From: Lama glama
Lineage: Eukaryota
NCBI GenBank assembly: GCA_028534125.1
Contig: CM052832.1
Location: 20,772,001 to 20,836,000 of the forward strand
DNA length: 64,000 bases
Direction: 5' to 3'
This document shows positions 11,624 to 24,170 of this stretch, piece after piece; position 1 is the stretch's first letter, and each line of letters begins with the position of its first letter. The notes below the pieces were generated by a model. It was not told the DNA's origin. It searched no databases and worked only from the letters and a program-made list of their open reading frames with translations. The position numbers were made by a program, and so were the translations under genes.

Positions 11624-13439
11624 AATCAATGGAATTCACCATATTAATGATTAAAACACTATACACACAGTCTTAATATATGACAAAAAATTCTAGCAAA
11701 ATCCAAAGCCATCTCAGGAAAGTAGGATTAGAAGGAAATTTTTTCAACATGATAATGGACAGCTATAAAAAAATGCACAACTAACATCATATTTAATAGT
11801 GGAATACTGAGTGCTTTTCCCCTAAAGTCTGGAAGAAGGAAATGTCTGTTTTCACCACGTCTACTCATTATTTTATTGATGGTTTATCCACTGTAATAAG
11901 ATAAGAAAAAAGAAATAAAAGCCATTCAGATTGGAAACAAAGAAGTTGAACTATCAGTATTCACAAGTGATAATCATCCCTGTAGAAAATCTATGAAATC
12001 TACCCAAAAAATTTACTAGAACCAAAAATTGAGTTTAATAAGATCATGAAATCCAAGATTAATACTGACAAATCAATGGTGTTTTTACAGACTAGTAATA
12101 AATAATCAGAAATGGAAATCGACAGAAGTAATACCATTTATAAACATCAAAATATGAAACATTTAAGTATAAATTTGACAAAAGATATGCATGGCCTATA
12201 CACTGAAAACTAAAGAACTTAGCAGAGAGAAATAAAACCTAAATAAATGGGGAGATGTACCGTGCTCATGGGTCTGAAAAGTCAGTATGATTAAGATATC
12301 AATTCTTCCCAAACTGAGTGAGAGATTCAATGCAGTCCCAATAAAAATCTCAAGATTTCTCAGAGAAACTGACAAGCTAATTCTAAAATTCATATGAAAA
12401 TGCAAAAGAACTAAAATAACCAAAAATACTTTGGAAAAAATAAAAATTAATTTGGAGGATTTATATTATCTAAATTCAAGACATATTATAAAACTGTAGC
12501 AACTAAGGCAGAGAAATGTGTTTTATTGGCAGAGAACTACACCAATGAAACAAAACAGTTGTTTCAAAAATAAACCCACACATATGTGTGCAACTGATTT
12601 TTAACAAAGTTGCAAGGGGAACAAAGGGCAGTTTTTCAACAAATGGTGCTGGAAAAATTGGATATCCACAATGTGGAAAGAAAAAAAAAAAGAAAGAAAA
12701 AACTTTTATCCATACTTGATACCACATATGAGTTTGCAGAGAAATCACAAAGGGAAACAAGGAAACTTTTTTGGGGGTGATGTTTTGGGTATTAATTTGG
12801 TTTTGGTGAAGACGTATGTGTATATATTATATCAAAACAGCAAACTGTGTATTTAAAATATGTACAGTTTGTTGCATATCAATTATACTTGAGTAAAACT
12901 GATTTGAAAAAAAATAGTTATCTACACTTACTGATTACTTATCTTTTTAATATGCACATTCTTGTATACAAGTTCATATTAGATATATTTAACAGATACT
13001 TACATTCATAAAACAAAAGAGCTATTATCACCATTGGCTGGTTCTCGTAACAAATTTACACTAAGCACTTCATGAAAGATGAAATACTAACACATGTGGA
13101 AACAGTGTTCCAAACGAAAAAGCACTGTTTGGTGGAAATCAAGAGGAGACTTTGTGTGTCCAGGCCTACTTTCCATATTGCTTGGCTTCATTTACTTGGA
13201 GAGAAAAACAGAGCTGACTGGGCACCAAAGAATTCCTATCATCACCAGAGATGCCCACACAGTTGTTCTTGCTGAGAATCAGCCAAGACCTTGACCTAAG
13301 TTTCAGAAGTGTAAACACTCATAATGTGATCTGTGCTTCAAGGACACGTTGAACAACAGAATAAACCAGACTCTCAGCTGTAAGGGATTTTAGACAGTTT
13401 CCAATCAGACCCCTTATACTATAAAGTGAAGCGACTGCG

Positions 13440-13550
13440 GCCAAAAGACAATTCAACGATTTACCCAAGTCTTGGAAATGGAAGCCACAACTAGAATCCC
13501 AGGCTTCCTGTGACCAAATCCTATGCCTTTTTCTTAGTATCCTAGCACCA
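13440..13550 (-). mobile_element. MIR fragment
   Basis: gatttacccaagtc..ctagaatcccaggcttcctgtgaccaaatcc. Confidence 0.5.
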
Positions 13551-14019
13551 TCCTTTGAGGATTTCCCCTGAAAATACCTATTAATCGCATCCTTATATAA
13601 ACGCATCTTCTTACATTTTGCTTTATTTAAATACATTTTTGTTTAACTATAATGAAAAATATCCCTGCAATCTTTTCTTTTGTCAAACCCATCTGCAGAC
13701 TACAGATTTGACCTTTTGAAAAATTAGCTATTTAATTTATACACACTCGGGACAATGTCCCTTGATTTTGTTCCTATCTCCTTGTAACTCATTTTTAATT
13801 ATCTATGGTATAGACAATAGTCTCTGTCCTTCATCTGGAATAATTGTTTTGAAATCCTCTTTTAAAACAGAAGTACCAGGTTAAGAGTAGTTTCCCTAAC
13901 AATAGACTCTTTAAATACAAGAAAAATACACAAAGTCCCAGGGACCTCTTAATCACATTACTACAATCCAGGCAGAATTAAATTATTTAATTTTATATTT
14001 AAATATTCATTTTTTCTTT

Positions 14020-14770
14020 CTGATTTCTAAAGCATTTTATGTTCACTAAAAAAACCCATAGAAAACAGAGAAAAGCTTCAAAAAGCTAAAATCAACCATA
14101 AACTCACCAACCAGGTATAGCCACTATCAATATTTGGTATTTTTTCAATTTTAATAATAGACAGATACACATATAACTAAAGACATTTAATTAACTAAAG
14201 ATCTATAGACAAAGCTATAAAGATAGAAGTCATATCATATGTAAGCAGTGTATTCTCAATTAATATATTATAATCCTTTGCCCATCACTGAACTATTCAC
14301 AGTATACCACTATTAATATTTGGAATTTTTTCAATTTTATAAATCTATACACATATAATCATAGATATTTAACTAACTAAAGAGCTATAGACATAGCTAT
14401 AAAGATAGAAATCATATCATGTAAGTTTACTATATTTTCAATTAACATAATTCTTTCCATTACTAAAATTATTTGCAGTATCATTCTTAAGGAATACATA
14501 ATATTCAGTCATTACTATACTTGAACAATTTATATTATAGCAATTATACTATACTATATACTATGCAACATATATCATACAATAGCAATCGTATAAATTG
14601 CTACACTGTTATTTATTTCTTCCCCCATTGCTGAACATATATGTAGTTTTTAAGCTTTTTATTATAAACAATGTGAGGCGAATTATATGCATGTTAATCT
14701 TCGTTAGCATTTCCAATTTTTTTCTCGTAGGACATGTTCCAGGAAAGGCAACATTAAGCTTAAAAGTTAA
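14020..14770 (-). mobile_element. Old L1ME-type 3' region containing a tandem duplication
   Basis: aactcaccaaccaggtatagccactatcaatatttgg and cccccattgctgaacatat..ttttattataaacaatg are typical antisense L1ME motifs. Confidence 0.55.
14121..14482 (+). repeat. Diverged tandem duplication, period about 186 bp
   Basis: ccactat(c/t)aatatttgg..agctataaagatagaa..catatcat starts at 14121 and again at 14307. Confidence 0.9.
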
Positions 14771-15435
14771 AAAATTACCAGTGATAAGTGATCATATAAC
14801 CTAATTCAAGATTACATAAAAGTTCTTCTTTAAAAAGACTGTGTGCCAAGTATACTTGGAAAGTAAGAATGGAATGCATATAAAATGTCTTTTTCCATGC
14901 ATAGGCAGCTAGCAGGAATAGCAGCTATCTAATTTTAAACACTTTGCTTTATTTCCCTTTATAGTAATAGTAGAATAATATTTGCACACAAATTCCCAGT
15001 ATCTGGACATAATGGTGGATTTGAAACTGAAAAATTGTCATTGCCTAAAAGACTGGTTCCTAGAAGATCTATTTAAGATAAATTTTTAATAAAGGCATAA
15101 GCACATGGTGTCACCATGGTGATAAAAGGAAGCTGGGAATACCTCTGATGGAATATGGGTTGAATTAAAAAACAGGTTGGTGATACAGCAGGAAAGGTTC
15201 AGCCAAAGAAAGGATCAGAAGCAAAAGCGGAGGGTTTCTCTACTGAAGTAAAAATAAAAAATTCCAGAGGTATTAGTTTCCAATTAAATCAGGTAAATGC
15301 CACATTTAGTTTTCTTTCTGTCTACTCATCAAACCCTTGGGCTAGCTAATCAGTCCAAGGTACATATTCCTAGCAATCAGTGGGCGAATCTCAAAAACGA
15401 GAGACAAAATCATCCTTTCCAAGAATGCGTCTTAC

Positions 15436-15482
15436 GATGGACCGCGTGGCTTTGTCGCTGCTGAATGTTAATTCTGTCAGGG
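15436..15482 (-). other. Candidate 47-nt exon (unverified)
   Basis: ctcacccatctccatcccttag|CCCTG...CCATC|gtaaga; retains CpGs. Confidence 0.3.
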
Positions 15483-15707
15483 CTAAGGGATGGAGATGGG
15501 TGAGTCTGGTCCTTCACCTCAAGCTGCTGGCGACACTCAGACATTCTCAAGACATAATGAGATGACTGCCAAAGAAGGCAGAGCAAAAGAGGGCTTTAAA
15601 GAAAAATAATGATTCTCTCCCCTTGCTTACTCCTGGGGCTGAGAATCCGAATGGATGTTTTTAGGCATAACTAGCTGGAGAAAATGTTCATTGTTATTTT
15701 TTCTCAG

Positions 15708-15920
15708 AGTAATAGGATGGAAAGAACATGGGCCTGGGTGCTGGGTTTCTCACTTTGCAGAAATGTGTGATGAGGACAAAGGTATTTAATTTTTCTGAGT
15801 CTCAGTTTCTTCATCTGTCAAATGGGGTTAACACCCCAAAGAGTTATTGTGAGGATTAAGGTACCTTATCACACACTTAGTAGATCATAAACATCTGATG
15901 AACTCTAGTATTTATTGTTA
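15708..15920 (+). mobile_element. MIR SINE
   Basis: ctgagtctcagtttcttcatctgtcaaatggggtt..gttattgtgaggattaa. Confidence 0.85.
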
Positions 15921-16237
15921 GTGTTACTGATGGATTAACTCGGGAGATAACAAAAATATTTCTTAGTATCATTAATTTCCATTCATACGGTATGAAGTGG
16001 GCCAAAATGGAAAACATTACGATAAATATTGGGAGAAAAAAAGATTTTTAGATTAGTCAGTGCCTTTTATTTTGTCTTAAATATTTCAATTAATCTTGCT
16101 CTAAAGATATCTGTCAATATATACAACAATTTGCAGCCTGAGTATCCCGCTAGAATTACATTTCAGACCTGGGGATCATGCTGTCTTAGCCTAAGAGATA
16201 AATAAGTCCAGACTTCTGTTCAAGATGATGGACTAAA

Positions 16238-16400
16238 GCAGCACTTCGCACACATTCATGTCCATATGAAGGCACACAAGGATCTGGTTAAAACACAGAT
16301 TTTCATTCAGTGGGTTTGGAGTGAGTTTGAGTTTCTGCATCTCTAACAAGCTTGCAGGTGATGCTGATGCACTGACAAATTCTACACACTGAGCAAGGGA
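16238..16400. mobile_element. MER5-type hAT-Charlie MITE
   Basis: gatctggttaaaacacagatt..tttctgcatctctaacaagcttgcaggtgatgctgatgc. Confidence 0.8.
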
Positions 16401-16406
16401 ATAAAT

Positions 16407-16640
16407 TAGTAGTTCTTGACTGGAGGCTGTTTTGTGCCTCCAGGGGACATTTGGCAATGCCTGGAGACATTTTTGGCTATCACAACTGAGGACAAGTGCT
16501 AATGGCATAAGTGGGTAGTGGCCAGGAATGCTGCTAAACATTCTACAGTGCACAGGACAGCCCTCACCCTCAAGAATTACTGGACTTAAAATATCAGTAA
16601 TGCCGTATATAGCAATATGCCAAGGTTCAAAAACCCTAGC
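16407..16640. mobile_element. MER20 hAT-Charlie MITE
   Basis: ccaggggacatttggcaatgcctggagacatttttgg..ggccaggaatgctgctaaacattctacagtgcacaggacagccc. Confidence 0.9.
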
Positions 16641-17543
16641 CTAAACAAATCTAAGAATCTTCACCACTTAACATAAACTATAGTAATAAGGAATAAAATG
16701 TGATTCAAAAGCCAAAATGAAGGCAATTTGGGGCTCTAGAAAAATTAAAAATGTGTGTTTGTATCTAAATAATGAATCACAATGGAAGCCATGGAGCCTA
16801 CAATGGGCACCCCAACAACATAAGCCTTAGGGCTGGGGTTGCAGTTCTGCCATGTGGATTGATGGTTTTGAGGCTACAGGTCTCGGGCAAAAAAATGGAG
16901 AGGGTGTGAGGTCCACAAAGCTCTCTGCTCTGAGTAGACACAGACAGAACAGGGGGATACCAGGAACATGGCTCTTGCTGATTGGAGGTGTGGAGCCACT
17001 GTTCCCACTACCTGCAGAGACAAAGTCCAAACTCAACCCCATGAAACGGCTCTACAACCTAGACACAAGCACATTGTTTCAAATTGTGCTCTTTCAAACT
17101 GGTATTCTCTTCTACTGGCATTTGACAAATTATTATTTGACAAAGCAAGTTTTGATTGATAGGGTGGAATCCATCAACATGTTTATGGATAGTTTTTTTT
17201 TTTTTTACATTTTCTCCTAGGTTCATCAAATAGCTTATTTTTATAAGTTGCCTTGAAGATTTCACAAAGATATTTTCATTAGCAGAATTGTAATCAACAC
17301 CAGCTGTATCCAGAATTTAATTGACCCACTTGGGCAATCATCATGTAACAAAATAATTTATCTTAGAGCAAGAGAAACGTAAAAGACAGAGGTTGGAGTT
17401 TAAATAGGATACAAATCAAAATTAGAGAGAAGGGTTATTATTTCTAAATGGTATGGCCAAGGAAAGACAATGAGCTGGTCTTCTAAACGCAGAACTAATC
17501 TCAGTGGCAGCTTAAGTGCCACCTTACACTGGGGGACACTTAC

Positions 17544-17658
17544 CTGGTATCATGGGATTTTCAGGACACCCATACGTGGCAGTCTGAAAACTGGGTAACC
17601 AGCTCCCTGTCTCAGTTTCTCCATCAGAATTAGAAGGTATTTTTCTTGTGTTAGATGT
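17544..17658 (-). other. Candidate 115-nt exon (unverified)
   Basis: ttcatttttattcctttgatcacaccag|ACATCT...ATACCAG|gtaagt; consensus donor; one frame open. Confidence 0.35.
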
Positions 17659-17848
17659 CTGGTGTGATCAAAGGAATAAAAATGAACTGGTCCACACATG
17701 TCTTAGCAGATAGTGGACCCTATTTACTGTCAATCTTTTGGAGGATGCTATACTTCTTGTTTTTCACTTAAGATCAAAACGTTTTTAAAATATCCTCAAA
17801 CAAAAGGAGAATAGCAATGGAATTCAGAAAATCAGGGGACTAATGTCT

Positions 17849-17852
<4 letters not shown>

Positions 17853-17887
<35 letters not shown>
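17853..17887 (+). repeat. (TG)n microsatellite
   Basis: Directly visible. Confidence 0.97.
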
Positions 17888-17888
<1 letters not shown>

Positions 17889-19030
17889 CAATCCAAAATT
17901 TGAAGATTGTATCGATAGAGATGAACTTCAGTAAGGTCTGGAAAATACGAAAATGTTATCTCCAACATCTGCTCTGACCTTTCTCCAATTTCCAAGTCAG
18001 TTAATCAGTATTATTAAGCACATATTATGTTGCATAATAGGACCAGGTCTGTAGCCAAATGTTATGTTGGAAAAAGGCCTGAATTCCTTTTAAATGACAC
18101 AGAATCAAGGTCCTGGGAGTGACTCATCTGTGATGATTTTTTTAATCTACTGAGGAGGAGTGAAAAGACCTCAAAGAAGCTGTGTCATCGACACTCTGCC
18201 TTGTGTTGTGTAATGGGAATGCAGAAAGAACCTTATTTTTAAATATTTTATGAGCTTACTCCTATTGGCTAATAACAGTTGTGGGTGGTCTCTGAAATTT
18301 ATCCAAACCTCACCACAGAGAAAAGGAAGAAAAGAAATCTCCACACTTTTAAAAGTACCTGTGCTTCTCTCATCACAGGACACTGATATATCCTTGAAGA
18401 ATTGGGCAAATTTAAGTCCAACCACAGAGTTTTCAGATTGTCAAGACCCTCCTCCCCTGATGGAGGCAGAAACATTTCTCTAAAGAGGGAGATTCTCTCA
18501 ACCCTTTATTAAATCTGTCTCTATGTCAACTCATCCATATCTAGCTCTGCTGTAATTAAATCAAGAGACCTGGGACTCAGTCTAAGGCTATCGACACATT
18601 CTAAATGAATTCTGTTACGTGGTCTTTGTAGGAGAATGTGGGCCTTTTAAAAAGAACAATTATCGCGAGGTGGCCTCATCATATTTACAAGCTGGGAGAG
18701 AAAGCAGGCTCAGCGCTGTGTGTCAACACCAACCATTGTTCCTATTAGGGTGCAATTTTCTCGATATTTTTTAAGAATGTAAAATAAGGTTAGTTGGAAC
18801 ATGCAATTCTAATCCCTTTCAGTGCTTATCACTCTTCAAACATTCAATAGCCACCCTTAATACCATTACCTCTGGGACAACATTTCAGGAGGCCTCTGCA
18901 ATCTCACAACGAGGGACCTGAGAGAAAGACTGTGGTTTAAAAGCCTGGTTAAAGATTAACATAAACAGTAATAAGAAGGTTCTTAGGAAGGAATCAGGAC
19001 CTGCAGCTGAATCCGAGCTACCTGCTGAGG

Positions 19031-19043
19031 GTTGCTAAGCAAC
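19031..19043. promoter_or_regulatory. RFX X-box-like palindrome GTTGCTAAGCAAC
   Basis: Motif match only. Confidence 0.4.
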
Positions 19044-19150
19044 TCGGGCCTACCACTGCCCCAAGGGTGTTTTACTTTACAATTAGGATTTCTGAAGGGG
19101 AAGAGGGGGAAGAAGGGGGGTGATTCCTAGTGAAACTGATGTAGAGCCAC

Positions 19151-19202
<52 letters not shown>
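19151..19202 (+). repeat. (ATAG)13 tetranucleotide microsatellite
   Basis: Directly visible. Confidence 0.97.
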
Positions 19203-21059
19203 TCAGTCTTGAATGTGTGTGTGTGTTTTAATAGGGAAATGGTGTCACTCAGTCCTTTCAAAGGTAGAACACTCGCTTATAAAAGCAGATTTTTTTTATA
19301 TGTAACTGACAAAAATCTAGCAATAACACTGAGTTTTAAAAGTGACATTTTGACTCTAAGGGAGGAATTATTTGCAATTTGTTTTGAACAGAAGCTTAGT
19401 TCATGTCAGATGTGAACCTCCAGACAATCATTAGTTTAAACTGCCTGCTATGTGTTTAAAAATTTCAGTCAATTTAGAGCTGATCTGAATTGCAAATGTG
19501 ATGGTAATAAGCCATTAGGGAACTGCATATCTTTTTTTTTTTTTTTGCACTTACAACCCTCTGCTTTAAGGAGCCCCAACTACACTGAAATATGAAAATA
19601 CCATTTTAATCATGGGCATTGTCAACAAACCTAGAAGTGCCTGAGACTCAGAAGTGGGAGAGTGGCATTCAGAGGGTAAAAAAACTAGAAGCTGTGACAA
19701 GAATGAAGAAACACATATAACCTTTACTTCCAATTATATACAGTAGTAAGATTTTCCAAAAACAAATATTCAGTTTTGTTTGTAATGTAACACGAATCTC
19801 CAAGTTCAACATCTGGATAAAATTTATTTTCTTTGGATTTTGAAATTAGAGAAAGCCCAAACCCTTTATGAGGTCACTTGGGAAATCAAGAGAACAGCCT
19901 CTATGGTCAGATTTCACCTCTCAGTACAAATAACGAGGTTTTAAGGGTGCTTATCAATTAAAAAAAAAAAAACTCTTCTCTAAACAGCCTATTTTGGTTT
20001 TCTAAAATACAATGCATTTCGGTAGTCTCAAAACCATCAACGACAAGAGGTACTGTATTCTCTCAGAGGTGTTTCAGTTCATAAGCTTCTACATTAGCAC
20101 AAAAATTAGGTGATGCAAAATTTCAGTCAATCCTTAGATTTATCCCTCGGCAGCTACATGCATATTTAATTGGACAGAGGAGAATGGAATTGGAAAAGAA
20201 AAGATGCGCTTCCCATATTTTCAGTGAGTAGGCTATATTTTCTTGATTCTCAGATGCCTATTTCTTAAAAAAAAAAACAAAAAACAAAAAACACCATCTG
20301 ACTTCAGAGCTAAGCCAACCATTGAAAAGGAAAAGCCATATCATGTCCATCATTCAGTGTATTTCTGTAGCCTCTGCACAACACCCATCTCTGCCCCTCT
20401 GAATCCACTCAGGTTGGCACTTGGCTTTGTTTCAACTGTATTAACAGGATCCCTGAAGGTCCATCTCTGCCACTTGCCAGAATCTTTGGGAAATATGGAA
20501 ACTTATGAGTAATGCATTCATGACATGTTTTCTCTCAACAAATTAAATATTTGCTAAGATAAAGTCTAACATAATTGGTAAATACAGCACAAAATGATAG
20601 AATTTGAGTCCCGGGGGGAAAATCTTAGTTAGATTTTAACTCCAGGGGGCCTTAGTCACCCACAAGGTCAGGGCTCTGCCCAAACTCAATGTTTGTTTAC
20701 ATCCTTGAGAATGAAAGATAAGGGAGTGAACTCTGTGATGTCAGTCATATTGAGGAAAAGGGAACCTCCCAAGTGTCAGCTTTCCAGCCATGTCTGGACT
20801 CCCAAAAAGTACAAAATAAGACACTTTTTAAAAAGAAAAAAAAAACCTCAACAATAACAGCCCTTCTTTTTCACACTGCATCACTTCACCCAATTTTAAA
20901 TTATGCCTCTCCAAACCATTCTTATAATAGGGAGAGGCTTCAGCTATGTCTAAGCCAGAAAGGCCAAGTAGAAATGGAGTTAATCATGCATATGACTGAT
21001 GAGGGTGAATCCAGGGATGAGAAAGGGGCTTTTCCTCTGCCTCATGCATCTTCCCTTTC

Positions 21060-21290
21060 TATATTCATCCGTCCACTGCTTAATAAATATTTCCTGAGCC
21101 TCCTTTGTGTGCATGGAGTGGGCTGGGCACCACGGGATACAAGGATGAATTAGATGATAGATCCTGCACACCTGGAATTTACTGAGAGAAATAGAGCCTT
21201 TACATGAATAACTATACATGTAAAAGATGGAGGTGAAAAGTGTCATAAGAGGCACAGATAAGGTGCTAGGAGGTTGGCAAAGGCCAGTTA
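21060..21290 (-). mobile_element. L2 3' end
   Basis: aataaatatttcctgagcctcctttgtgtgc..ctgggcaccacgggatacaaggatgaat. Confidence 0.75.
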
Positions 21291-21317
21291 GCTTACTGGC
21301 AGTGCTAAGAACTGTGG

Positions 21318-22124
21318 AGGTGTCCACAAATGCTAAATGCTGGACAGGGTGTGGAGAAAGGGAACCCTCCTACACTCGGTAGGTATATAGTTTGGTGCAG
21401 TCACTATGAAAAACAGTATGGAGATTCAAAAAAACTCCTTCCTCAAAAAGAGACTTAACACATGATCCAGCAATCCCACTCCTGGACATATATCCAGAGG
21501 GAACTCTAATTCGAAAAGACACATGGACCCCAATGTTCACAGCAGCACTGTTTATGACAGCCAAGACATGGAAACAACTTAAATGTCTATCAGCAGATGA
21601 CTGGATAAAGAAGTTGTGGTATATTTATATAATGGAATACTACTCAGCCATAAAAATAATAAAATAATGCCATTTGCAACAACATGGTTGGACCTGGAGA
21701 TTGTCATTCTAAGTGAAGTAAGCCAGAAAGAGAAAGAAAAATACCATATGATATCACTCATATGTGGAATCTGAAAAAAGAAAAGAAAGAAAAAAGAAGA
21801 CGCTAATGAACTTATGTATAAAACAGAAACAAACTCACAGACATAGTAAACACAGTTATGATTACTGGAAGGGGGAGGGGAGGGAAGGGATAAATTGGGA
21901 GTTTGAGATTTGCAAACATTAACTACTATATATAAAATAGATAAGAAATAAATTTCTTCTCTTTAGCACATGGAACTATATTCAATACCTTGTGGTAACC
22001 TATAATGAAAAAGAATCTGAAAACAGATACATGTGTGTATACGTATGACTGAAACACTATGCTGTACACCAGAAATTGAACACATTATAAACTGACTACA
22101 CTTCAGTTTAAAAAAAAAAAAAAG
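21318..22124 (+). mobile_element. 5'-truncated lineage-specific (camelid-like) L1: ORF2 end, 3'UTR and poly(A)
   Basis: aaatgctggacagggtgtggagaaagggaaccctcctacact..gctgtacaccagaaattga..cttcagttt then A-tail; TSD-like agaactgtgg (21308) and agaaccatgg (22125). Confidence 0.93.
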
Positions 22125-22134
22125 AGAACCATGG

Positions 22135-22250
22135 CCATAGAGTTAGAAAAATTCAAGGCTCCATTGTCCCCTGGACTTAAGAGATGTTGAGCAACTTACA
22201 TGACCTCCCTATGACTCAGTCTCCCCACCTGAAAAATAAGAATTGCTCAA
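22135..22250 (+). mobile_element. MIR remainder; its head is at about 21295-21317, split off by the L1
   Basis: ttgagcaacttacatgacctccctatgactcagtctccccacctgaaaaat. Confidence 0.6.
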
Positions 22251-22259
22251 CAAACTTCA

Positions 22260-23200
22260 TATGTTTCCCTCATCAGCTTCCTGTCCTTTCCACAAAGATG
22301 TTTTAAATCTTCTCAACTCTTGAAACCTCTTACTTCCCCTCCCTCACAGCAGATGACCTCAACTCCCATCCTGCAGAGAAAACAGAATCTGTCAGCTGGA
22401 AACCGACTCCACTTCCTGCCACCAGCCTACACACCTAACAGTATCCAAACCCACGACTCTCCCTCACTCTTCCTGTAGAATCACGGTCCCATGTATTCTG
22501 AAAGCATCCTTCTCTCCTTCAGGTCTCACCAATCTCACCACATCTCTCCCAGACTTGACTGATTACTTCCCTGCTCCTGGCCTTCAACTTTAAAAGCTCC
22601 TTTTTTGCTGCTTAATGCTTATCATTTTGAAAATCATTTAAAAACAACAAACAAAAACCTCCATCAATACCCTTCAATGAAATCTCTTTCTATAGATTCC
22701 ATGCTCTCTGCTGTCTTCTGTGGTTGTCCCTAGCCACGAGTAGTTACTTAAATTAATTAAAATTAAATAAAATTAAAAACTCAGTTCCTCAGCGGCATTA
22801 GCCTTATGTCAAATGGCAAAAGACGACTATAGAGAACAGTGCAGATTTAGATCTTTTCCACCTTCACGTAAGTTCTATCACTAGATTTTTGTATTCTTTC
22901 CACTCCCCCTCCTCCTCTCTGGAAACTCTGCTGGAAACTTTCTCCATGCTATCTGACACTGCATTCTTACTCCTCTTTATTCCTCAACTCACAGTAGTCT
23001 GACTTGTCCCCACTCCTGCACTGAAACTGCTCATGCCGTGTCATCAACCCCCTTCCAACGATGCAAAACCAGCCACGTGTCTCAGATCTTCACCTTCCTC
23101 ACCAGTCGGTAACTTGAGATATCAATGACAATTATTTAAAATATTCTTATCCATTTCTTACCAGACCTCACACTCTCTGGCTTTTTCCCCACTTTTTAAG
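22260..23200 (+). mobile_element. L2 LINE internal fragment
   Basis: cagcagatgacctcaactcc..cagagaaaacagaa; cactgaaactgctcatgcc. Confidence 0.75.
22725..22885. mobile_element. MER3/MER33-type hAT MITE nested in L2
   Basis: ctagccacgagtagttacttaaattaattaaaattaaataaaattaaaaactcagttcctcag. Confidence 0.75.
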
Positions 23201-24170
23201 ATTTCAAGAGTAATCGCTCTTCTCTTTTCATGCTGCAGTGCCCTTCATGGACTTGAGTTTCTGCCCAGCACATAAATGTGCTTGTTGCTCTCTGCTGTCT
23301 GTCTGGATGTGAACAGTGGTCACAGCAAATTAAAAGAAACGCTGATCCACCACATTCCGAGCTGCAACACTCCTGAGACCTGAGCTGCTCTGCGAATCGA
23401 CATACGTGGAGGGTATTAACATATATAACTACCTTGCACACGTTCCCTGGGTTTAGATCTACTGTACAACCACACTTTAAACACTCAGTCTGTGAGGTCT
23501 CCAAGCCCATAACTTGCCCAGCGCAGTATGAAGGCTAGTCGCCCTTTGTCTAGTGGCTGCTCCTACCACTGGAGGTCTCCTACCACCACTCACACTGACC
23601 CTCCTGGGGACCTGCTTAGTGTCCCTGACCACAGAGAAAGTAGGGGCTCAGAGGTGCCTCTCAAGCCCAAGGTTGGACAGCATGGGCTTCAGGAGAGCAG
23701 GCTTGCTACCTTGAGTGTCTCCAGCCAGGTTTCACTGCAAACCACAAAGTAACCTCTTTATCATCCCCATCATGTCAACTTCATTTCAACTCTACTTCTC
23801 AACACCACCACCTCAAGGAGTGGGCCATTCAGATGCCCCTCGCTGAAGCTCAAAGTGTCACGACCTACAACAACCCAAATTTTTTTTTTTAATAATGGTT
23901 ACTGTGGCCAGGAGAAGTTGATTTATCTCCTCCTATGACCATAGTCCTTCCTCATTTTCCCCATGCTTTAGATTCTTTTAGCCTCCTCCACTCCACAGAC
24001 ATACCCATTGTCGAACAAGCCTCTCACTCCAGTCCTAATACTGAATTTATCTACTATTCCAGGATTCATCTCTGCCTAGGATTGTTGAGCGGTGGGGACC
24101 TTAAGCCATAGTTCAAAAAGACAATCACGCACGTAATAATATGAAGCTGGCATTTTAAAAAATACGTATT

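Larger units (their letters stand above)
10550..12915 (+). mobile_element. Old L1M element (degenerate ORF2 plus 3' tail), interrupted twice
   Basis: ORF2-like actagatgaaaaggacgaattcct, cctcatgaacacaaatgcaaaa, tttttcaacaaatggtgctggaaaaattggatatccac; 3' tail tatcaattatacttgagtaaaactgatttgaaaaaaaa. Confidence 0.9.

Noticed and set aside
12196..12856. ORFs overlapping the old L1
   Set aside because: Antisense or out-of-frame translations of a decayed L1 ORF2
13004..13124. Minus-strand AG..GT-bounded 121-nt segment
   Set aside because: Stops in all three frames; could only be non-coding and has no other support
17538..17556. ACTTACCTGG resembling the U1 snRNA 5' end
   Set aside because: The match does not extend into the U1 body; it is the complement of a consensus splice donor
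21370..21761. ORFs MAVINSAAVNIG.. and MSDIIWYFSF..
   Set aside because: Typical antisense L1 3' translations, not genes
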